From contig JBLKOJ010000004.1 of the NCBI GenBank assembly GCA_047602745.1, positions 5,183-69,182 on the forward strand: a stretch of DNA of 64,000 nt, given 5' to 3'. Source of the stretch: Candidatus Woesearchaeota archaeon. Lineage in GTDB: Archaea; Nanobdellota; Nanobdellia; Woesearchaeales; UBA583. Below the pieces are notes generated by a model. That model was not told where the DNA came from and ran no database searches. It saw nothing but the letters and a program-made list of their open reading frames with translations. A program made the translations under genes and the position numbers. This document shows positions 57,893 to 64,000 of this stretch, in pieces (positions within the stretch are counted from its first letter, which is position 1; each line of letters opens with the position of its first letter).

Positions 57893-59233
57893 ATGGTAAC
57901 ATTATATACATTAGGAGGAGTGAATGAAGTTGGAAGAAACATGTTCGCCTTTGAATTTGAAGAAGAAATCATTATTTGTGATATGGGACTTGAGCTTTCA
58001 AACTTAATTGCTCACAATGATGCAGTTGATAAAATGGCTCTAGATGAAATTGTGGAGAAAGGAATCGTTGCAGACCCAAGTCTACTTAAAGGTAAAGAAG
58101 AGAAAGTTAAAGCAATTATCATCTCGCATGCTCATTTAGATCATGTAGGTGGAGTGCAATATATGGCCTCAATGTTTCCAAATGCATCGATTTACGGAAC
58201 TCCTTATACTATTGAAGTTTTAAAAGTGTTAATGAAGTCTCAAATGACTGTAAGAGAAACTTTAAAAAATAAATTTATTAAAGTAAATGCTAACTCTTCA
58301 TTTGAAACTCCAGCTGGAATGAAAATTGAGTTTGTGAACGTAACTCATTCAACACCACAATCAGCAATAGTTGCAATGCACGCTCCTGAAGGAATTGTTC
58401 TATATGCTATGGATTTTAAGTTTGATAATAGGCCTGCTCTTGGACAAAGAACTAATTATGAAAGACTTAAACAACTTGATAAAATGGGCATTAAACTTAT
58501 GATTGCAGACTCTGTTCGTTCAAATAATAAAAGAAAGACCTTATCAGAAATTGTAGTAAAAGAGATGTTAAGAGATGTATTTATTGAAACTGATATTGTA
58601 GATACACAAGGAGTAATTATTACTACATTTGCAAGTCATATTACAAGACTTAAATCAATTATGGAATTAACTCAAGAGTTAGGTAGAAAAATCGTATTTT
58701 TAGGAAGGTCAATTTCTAAATATGCAAGAGCTGCTAAAAATGCTGGAATTATTGATTTTAAAGCAAAGGGAGTTGAAATTGCTGAGAGTCCTGCTGAAGT
58801 AAATAAATGGCTAGATATTATTAATAAGAGTAAAAAAGATTATATTGTTGTATGTACAGGTCATCAAGGAGAAGATAATGCAGTACTTTCAAAAATTGCA
58901 GAAGGAAGAACTCCATTTGAATTAAAAGAAGATGATAAGGTGATTTTTTCTTCAGAAGTAATTCCTACTCAAATTAATATTGAAGCTTCACAGATATTGC
59001 AAAGTAAACTTGAAGCTTATAATTGTAAAATTTACAGAGATATTCACGTATCTGGTCATGCATCAAGAGAAGATCATAGAGATATGCTAAACATGGTACA
59101 TCCAAAGTATTTAATTCCAGCCCATGCTCCTGTTGTACTTAAAGAAGGAATTGTAGAAGTAGCTCAAGAAATGGGATATGAGTTAGGTAAAAACTTATTA
59201 TTATTAGAAGATCAACAAAAAAGAGAATTTTAA
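57893..59233 (+). CDS. rnj: RNase J (archaeal beta-CASP metallo-beta-lactamase ribonuclease)
   Basis: LGGVNEVGRNM, IISHAHLDHVGG, VTHSTPQS, HVSGHASRED, 446 aa. Confidence 0.8.
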   Translation: MVTLYTLGGVNEVGRNMFAFEFEEEIIICDMGLELSNLIAHNDAVDKMALDEIVEKGIVADPSLLKGKEEKVKAIIISHAHLDHVGGVQYMASMFPNASIYGTPYTIEVLKVLMKSQMTVRETLKNKFIKVNANSSFETPAGMKIEFVNVTHSTPQSAIVAMHAPEGIVLYAMDFKFDNRPALGQRTNYERLKQLDKMGIKLMIADSVRSNNKRKTLSEIVVKEMLRDVFIETDIVDTQGVIITTFASHITRLKSIMELTQELGRKIVFLGRSISKYARAAKNAGIIDFKAKGVEIAESPAEVNKWLDIINKSKKDYIVVCTGHQGEDNAVLSKIAEGRTPFELKEDDKVIFSSEVIPTQINIEASQILQSKLEAYNCKIYRDIHVSGHASREDHRDMLNMVHPKYLIPAHAPVVLKEGIVEVAQEMGYELGKNLLLLEDQQKREF

Positions 59234-59300
59234 TATTGTCTTAATAATTTAGATTTTACTTTTTCAAAAGTTTTTTAAAAAATTAATTATTTATTTTTAT

Positions 59301-59891
59301 ATGGTAGTACATAATTCTGAGTTTGATAAATCTTTGAAAAATTTGCCTAAACATGCTCTTGTTGTTGATAGAATGAGTGGTTTAGAAGAAATTGCAAGTC
59401 GTGAATTTAACTTAGTTATATTTCCAAGAGAATATTGTGAAGATAGAGCAGATTTTGCAAATTTAGTAAACCCTTCAGTAGTTCGTGGTTGCGGACATTC
59501 AGCTTATATTAACTTATCCAATTCTCCTGATCATCGGGCAAAAAAATCATTTTTAGAGGATTTTGATTTTTTAACAAAACTCATTGATAGACTACAAGAA
59601 GATACGAGAGTTATTTATCAACCTACAAATAAAATACATGAAGGCTTTTGGCATCAAGACCCAGGGTTTACAATTAATTATACGCTTGTTGGACCTGGTG
59701 GATTATGGTCTCCCAATGATAATATCAAAAACGGTAAGCCAATTGACTTAAACTTAGTTAGACAATTTGGGACACAGCATATAGCAATTTATAAGGGAGA
59801 AGGAGATGACAATCCTGCGGGGCCTTTATTTCATTCTCCTCCAATTAGAAAAATTCCTGAAAAACGCATATTAATGCAATTGTATGAATGA
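59301..59891 (+). CDS. Hypothetical protein
   Basis: 196-aa ORF with ordinary composition. No family recognised with confidence. Confidence 0.4.
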   Translation: MVVHNSEFDKSLKNLPKHALVVDRMSGLEEIASREFNLVIFPREYCEDRADFANLVNPSVVRGCGHSAYINLSNSPDHRAKKSFLEDFDFLTKLIDRLQEDTRVIYQPTNKIHEGFWHQDPGFTINYTLVGPGGLWSPNDNIKNGKPIDLNLVRQFGTQHIAIYKGEGDDNPAGPLFHSPPIRKIPEKRILMQLYE

Positions 59892-60100
59892 TAAATAAAA
59901 CTAAAAGTTATTTCATTCTAAAACTAAGTTATGCATTATTTAATTTACTAATTTTGTGGTATTGTCTGATTTTGAGATTATTTGAATTATCTTTAATTAG
60001 AGTTATATTTTTCAATTTTTATGTTAAGATTTGAATTTATTAATGAATATTTTTAAGTAATGATATCAATTTAACTAATTATTTGTATACAAACCATTTA

Positions 60101-60292
60101 CTATTTTTTTGAAATAATATATTTAAATAAAGAGATGAGAATAATAATTCCTGCAACTATAAATAATATCCAGGAAGGAATAAAAATTTCAATAGTTGTG
60201 ATATTAAATATATTTAATATGAAAATTGCAAGTAAGATTAGTCCTACAATAATTCCTGTAAAGATTAAGAAGAGTTGAATTGTTTTATTCAT
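60101..60292 (-). CDS. Small two-helix membrane protein
   Basis: 63 aa, two hydrophobic helices. ORF only. Confidence 0.3.
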   Translation of the reverse strand: MNKTIQLFLIFTGIIVGLILLAIFILNIFNITTIEIFIPSWILFIVAGIIILISLFKYIISKK

Positions 60293-60356
60293 AATATCTT
60301 TAATAAATATAGATTTAAAAACATACGTTTAAATATATTGATTTTACTATTTTAAT

Positions 60357-61136
60357 ATGAATAATAAAATAAAAAATATTATCGATAGTTTTCTAAAAGA
60401 TTGGATTGTTAAAGATGAAGTTGAAGTAATATTTATTTGTGGAAGTTATGTAATAGGAAATCCTACTTCTTATAGTGATATTGATATTTATATAGTTACA
60501 AATGATTCTCAAAAAATAAGAGAAAGGGGAAATAAGATAATAGATGGAGTATTGATTGAGTATTTTGTAAATCCTCCTCTTCAAGTTGAGAATTATATGC
60601 AAGATGAATTTAATTCTAATACTCAAATTACTGCTCATATGATTGTAACAGGAGAAATATATTATCAAAAAAATAGTCTTTTAGTTGAAAATTTGAAAAA
60701 TAAAGCTCATGAATATTTGAATACTAACTTTAAAGAATTATCTAAAACATATATTGAAGTGTTAAAGTATGGATTGTGGGATGGGTTTGATAATTTACAA
60801 GAAGCATTTAAAAGAGGAGAAAAAACATTTGAAATGAGTTTTAACACATTTGTATATTCAAATTTATATGTTACTTATTCTAAATCTCTTAGGCTTCCAG
60901 TTATAAGTAGTGAGAGGGTTGAGAGATACTTAACTCAAAAGAGTTATAGAAATAAATATAGAGTGAAGGAATTTACAGATACATATTTTAAAGATGAGTT
61001 TTTGAAACTCTTTGAGTTAAATACTTATTCTCAGAAAATGGATACTCTTAAAGAACTAGTTCAATACGTAATTGAGCAAATGGAGGGATTAGAGTTAAAT
61101 GGATTTAAAATAGAATCAGAATTAGACTTAAAATAA
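60357..61136 (+). CDS. Pol-beta superfamily nucleotidyltransferase, KNTase/ANT(4')-like architecture
   Basis: FICGSYVIGNPTSYSDIDIYIV (GS-x9-DxD), then a helical C-domain. 259 aa, similar in size to kanamycin nucleotidyltransferase. Confidence 0.55.
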   Translation: MNNKIKNIIDSFLKDWIVKDEVEVIFICGSYVIGNPTSYSDIDIYIVTNDSQKIRERGNKIIDGVLIEYFVNPPLQVENYMQDEFNSNTQITAHMIVTGEIYYQKNSLLVENLKNKAHEYLNTNFKELSKTYIEVLKYGLWDGFDNLQEAFKRGEKTFEMSFNTFVYSNLYVTYSKSLRLPVISSERVERYLTQKSYRNKYRVKEFTDTYFKDEFLKLFELNTYSQKMDTLKELVQYVIEQMEGLELNGFKIESELDLK

Positions 61137-61165
61137 AAACTAATAATTAGTTACTATAAAAAAAT

Positions 61166-61567
61166 TTAGGAGACAATAATTTCTCCTACCATTCCTTCTG
61201 CTGCGTGATTTCCTACACTACATAAGAATTCAAATGTTCCTGCTTCATCAAATGTAACTGTAAAACTATCAGTTTCTCCCTCACTAATTATTTCAGTTCC
61301 AACTCCTAATTCGGGAATTACGAAATCATGAGTTCCTCGAGTATTTGTAAATACAAATTCTACAGTTTCTCCTTGTTGAACTTCAATGAGGCTTGGATTA
61401 AATTCTCTTCCAAATCCTTCAACTTCAATGACTCTTACTGCCTGTTCAATAATTTGTTCATTTTGAGTTTGTTCTTCCTCTATTTCTTGAGTTACTTCTT
61501 GCGCTTCTTGACAACCTGCAAAAATAAGAGCAAGTGATAGTAGTAAAAGAGTTATAATTTTTTTCAT
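61166..61567 (-). CDS. Cupredoxin (plastocyanin/halocyanin-like blue copper lipoprotein)
   Basis: Lipobox LIFAGC. Ligands H in GTHDF and C-x4-H-x4-M in FLCSVGNHAAEGM. Confidence 0.8.
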   Translation of the reverse strand: MKKIITLLLLSLALIFAGCQEAQEVTQEIEEEQTQNEQIIEQAVRVIEVEGFGREFNPSLIEVQQGETVEFVFTNTRGTHDFVIPELGVGTEIISEGETDSFTVTFDEAGTFEFLCSVGNHAAEGMVGEIIVS

Positions 61568-61708
61568 TTTTTAATATTGATTTTTTTAATTGATAAAAAT
61601 ACTTGTAAATAAGAGTAGTAAACCCTTAATAGTTTAGATAAATATTTTCACTTATAAAAATCTTTTGATAAAATAAATTCATCGGATAAAATAATTATTT
61701 TAAAATTT

Positions 61709-61921
61709 TTAGTTATTTTTATCTTTGAAATACATTCTTATGGCAACATATGCAATGATAAAGTTTAGAATAAAAATTAATGAAGAAAATATAATGTTGA
61801 AGAATAGAGATGTTGTAGGCTCAAGTTGTAATAAAAATCTTGTCAATAAGAAAAAAAGAGAAGTGCTGAGAATTGTTAAAATTGCTATTAGTATGATAAA
61901 AAATCTTTTTTGAAAATTCAT
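61709..61921 (-). CDS. Small membrane protein
   Basis: 70 aa, two hydrophobic helices. The opposite-strand ORF 61725..61913 is judged a shadow. Confidence 0.3.
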   Translation of the reverse strand: MNFQKRFFIILIAILTILSTSLFFLLTRFLLQLEPTTSLFFNIIFSSLIFILNFIIAYVAIRMYFKDKNN

Positions 61922-61960
61922 AATTATTCTATTAATATGTTATATTTTTAAAATTAAGTT

Positions 61961-62260
61961 TTAATCAACTGTGAAGAGTTGACTGTCGTGATCTACATTA
62001 AATAATCCTCCTCTTGCACCAGCATCAAGCCATCCATGAGCATAATTAAGAGCAGCAAATGCTGTAACTATTTCTCCTTTTTCTTTGAAATGATGAGCAT
62101 CATCAATATAATTTTTAGCCATCTCTAAAAAATCAAGAGCCATTGTATGAAGATGGGTTCCTGTTGGAGCTACAATTTTCACTTTATTATATGCTCGTGT
62201 TGAAACATCAAAATATTTCTCTAATTTCTCGTCTGTAACTTCTCTATCCATTTTCATCAT
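61961..62260 (-). CDS. DUF357-family archaeal protein
   Basis: AKNYIDDAHHFKEKGEIVTAFAALNYAHGWLDAGARGG pattern recalled for DUF357. Sits next to aIF-2 beta. Confidence 0.5.
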   Translation of the reverse strand: MMKMDREVTDEKLEKYFDVSTRAYNKVKIVAPTGTHLHTMALDFLEMAKNYIDDAHHFKEKGEIVTAFAALNYAHGWLDAGARGGLFNVDHDSQLFTVD

Positions 62261-62278
62261 AAATATGGTTTAAAATTA

Positions 62279-62689
62279 TTAAATTTGTGGGATTTTTTCT
62301 TCATGTCCACAAGCTTTACACTTGATCTTTAAATTATTATCTAAAAGTTCAGTATCAGGACTTTTACAATAGCTACATTCAACATATTGATTAAAATATG
62401 CATGAATTCCTTTATTGAGCATAGCAGGTTGAAATTTAGAAAAGAGTGTTACTTCTCCTCTATTGTTTATTTCTCCTCTAACTCCTACAAACTTAATTAT
62501 AAATCTATACATATGAGCACTATCTCTATTAAGTTGCTTAGAAATATCTATGAAATTATTAATAGTAGTTCTTGTTTTTATAACTCTTCCTTTGACTAGT
62601 GGAATTTCAAATCGTTGTTTTTTAGTAAGGACTTTAGGTAATTCATTATAACACTGAGTAAGTAATTCTTCATATTTAGAATTTTCCAT
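62279..62689 (-). CDS. eif2b: Translation initiation factor aIF-2 beta subunit
   Basis: YEELLTQCYNELP, RFEIP, C-terminal zinc ribbon CSYCKSPDT...CKACG, 136 aa. Confidence 0.9.
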   Translation of the reverse strand: MENSKYEELLTQCYNELPKVLTKKQRFEIPLVKGRVIKTRTTINNFIDISKQLNRDSAHMYRFIIKFVGVRGEINNRGEVTLFSKFQPAMLNKGIHAYFNQYVECSYCKSPDTELLDNNLKIKCKACGHEEKIPQI

Positions 62690-62759
62690 AAAAAAACAAA
62701 GAATTTAGTTTTTATAAACATTTACACACTTTATTTAATAATAGGTGTAGATATTTAGC

Positions 62760-64000
62760 TTAATCGTGTCCAATATGACCTACAGCCTGAGCTTGTCTAA
62801 TTCCTCCTTTAAAATAGTTTGCTTGTGAGTTATATGAACAAGGAGACGAATCTGGACAAAGTTCACTATTAAATTGTATGTATTGACCTTCTTGATTAAC
62901 TCGTGCTCCTCTTTCATCAAACATATCGCCTGAAGCTGTTACATACACTTTTTGGTCATCATTAATTACTTTAACTCTAAAATTAACTTCACCAATTCTA
63001 CAGTGTCTTAAATTTGAAACTTGGCAGTTATTTGCACCCCATTCGCCTTGAACAGTAGGGACTGGAGAAGGGATAGGAGAATTTATTTCATTTTCAATGT
63101 ATCCTAAAAGAAGACGGATTTCTTCTTCTAAATCTTTAATTATAATTTCAGAAGCCCGAATTTCAGATACACTCTCTTCTTCTTGTGTTATCCTTTGCAT
63201 TACTTCGTGCATTTGTTCAATAGCTTGTTGAGGAGTAATTTGTTCATTATCATTTTCATCAATTAGTTCTTCTCTTTGAAACTGATTATATAATTCTAAA
63301 ATATGTGCATCAGTTGGTTCAACATCATAGAATTGTAAGAATCCACTCACATCAATCTCTTGGGAATTTTGTAGAGAGTCTACATAATCATTAATTATTT
63401 GAGGTAGTGAATCGGGTTCAAAATTATTTCGAAGCGTTAAACCATTGATATGTTGAATACTTCCTAGAGAAGGATTATTTGGGTCAGTATGAGTACTTAT
63501 TACAGTTAATTTATTATCTTCACTCATAAACCCTGTTTGGATAATTCTTTCTTTTGTACTAATAAATACTACTCTTTCATTTTCAGTTAGGGACTCAATT
63601 TCAACAGAACTGGGATCTGAAATTTCATTAACTTCAATAGTTCTTTCATCTAAATTATTGATTTCAATCCCCAAATAGTGGTCGTTTGAAACCCAAACAT
63701 CTAAAGTAGGTTCGCCCAAATCATTTTCTGATTCAATAATACAATTTCCTGATTCTCCACACCCGACTGAGGGTGTTGCAATAGTCGTATCTTGCTCAGT
63801 TGAATATGCTTGAATAGAATTTCCATTTTGATCAAAATATCTAATATCTCCATTTAGCCCATAATTCCCATTTTGAAGAAGAGTGTATCTACCCGAACTT
63901 AAAACTTTATCTCCACTATCGGTCTCAATTGGAGAATTTAATACTTCTACAAATTGTTCATTCTGACTATCTCTTCCAATAATCATATCATCACCTCTAA
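62760..64000 (-). CDS. Large hypothetical (probably surface) protein, 5' end likely beyond the window
   Basis: The frame stays open upstream of the track ATG (63986) to the window edge (..RGDDMIIGRD..). No signal peptide at that Met. Cys-containing C-terminal region. Confidence 0.5.
   Translation of the reverse strand, partial: RGDDMIIGRDSQNEQFVEVLNSPIETDSGDKVLSSGRYTLLQNGNYGLNGDIRYFDQNGNSIQAYSTEQDTTIATPSVGCGESGNCIIESENDLGEPTLDVWVSNDHYLGIEINNLDERTIEVNEISDPSSVEIESLTENERVVFISTKERIIQTGFMSEDNKLTVISTHTDPNNPSLGSIQHINGLTLRNNFEPDSLPQIINDYVDSLQNSQEIDVSGFLQFYDVEPTDAHILELYNQFQREELIDENDNEQITPQQAIEQMHEVMQRITQEEESVSEIRASEIIIKDLEEEIRLLLGYIENEINSPIPSPVPTVQGEWGANNCQVSNLRHCRIGEVNFRVKVINDDQKVYVTASGDMFDERGARVNQEGQYIQFNSELCPDSSPCSYNSQANYFKGGIRQAQAVGHIGHD

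Noticed and set aside
346-62599. Track ORFs nested in or antisense to well-supported genes: 346-582, 1026-1241, 1406-1636, 2901-3095, 3028-3225, 4941-5153, 11715-11921, 12972-13178, 16822-17031, 20468-20842, 21184-21447, 22829-23035, 25989-26228, 29039-29281, 29390-29650, 32285-32485, 33383-33616, 34906-35088, 35304-35639, 40727-40954, 45822-46025, 53643-53855, 60393-60668, 61328-61537, 61725-61913, 62387-62599
   Set aside because: Each overlaps a longer ORF carrying recognisable family motifs (MutS, EF-1 alpha, TFB, Res and others). Their products are low-complexity I/L/F/K/N-rich strings, as expected from alternative frames of AT-rich coding DNA.
1-64000. CRISPR arrays, rRNA genes, transposases, and diversity-generating retroelement parts (RT, TR/VR pairs near the LamG and C-terminal surface-protein regions)
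   Set aside because: No regularly spaced direct repeats, no rRNA-like GC-rich stretches, no RT or transposase motifs in any track ORF, and no obvious near-identical repeat of the surface-protein 3' ends seen by eye. A computed dot-plot would be needed for certainty.

Overview
Very AT-rich, tightly packed archaeal chromosome segment with many 4-nt start/stop overlaps and short spacers. All calls come from reading the ORF track and sequence by eye; no search or computation was run. Archaeal information-processing markers present: TFB, aIF-2 beta, EF-1 alpha, uS10, Rpo10/N, the uL1-uL10(P0)-P1 operon, Kae1, archaeal DnaG, RNase P Rpp21, Trm1, Trm5, aCPSF2-like and RNase J-like beta-CASP nucleases, a NOG1-type GTPase and a GINS-like protein. 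These sit beside bacterial-type MutS, MutL, a MutY-like glycosylase and a Zn-lid adenylate kinase, many pilin-like or surface proteins, and little metabolism (AMP phosphorylase, glycogen debranching enzyme, a cupredoxin). By inference this fits a small-genome DPANN-type archaeon. Two tRNAs were folded by hand (Leu-GAG, Phe-GAA). I saw no rRNA, CRISPR array, transposase, integrase or reverse transcriptase. Accessory content: (1) a Type III R-M locus next to tRNA-Phe with a Bro-N/antirepressor-like gene translationally coupled between mod and res; mod is split at an A8 tract and res carries two in-frame stop codons. (2) Decaying MNT/HEPN and MazG-like genes, also hit by in-frame stops. (3) A cluster of pilin-like proteins, one with a LamG lectin-like domain. 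(4) A tfb-linked surface module ending in a membrane-anchored bacterial-type N-acetylmuramidase. I consider (4) the best candidate for new biology, as a possible murein-attacking or bacterial-host interaction system in an archaeon, followed by the R-M-embedded Bro-N gene. A palindromic TTTATAAA box about 26 nt upstream of several ATGs suggests leaderless mRNAs and corrects several ORF-track starts.
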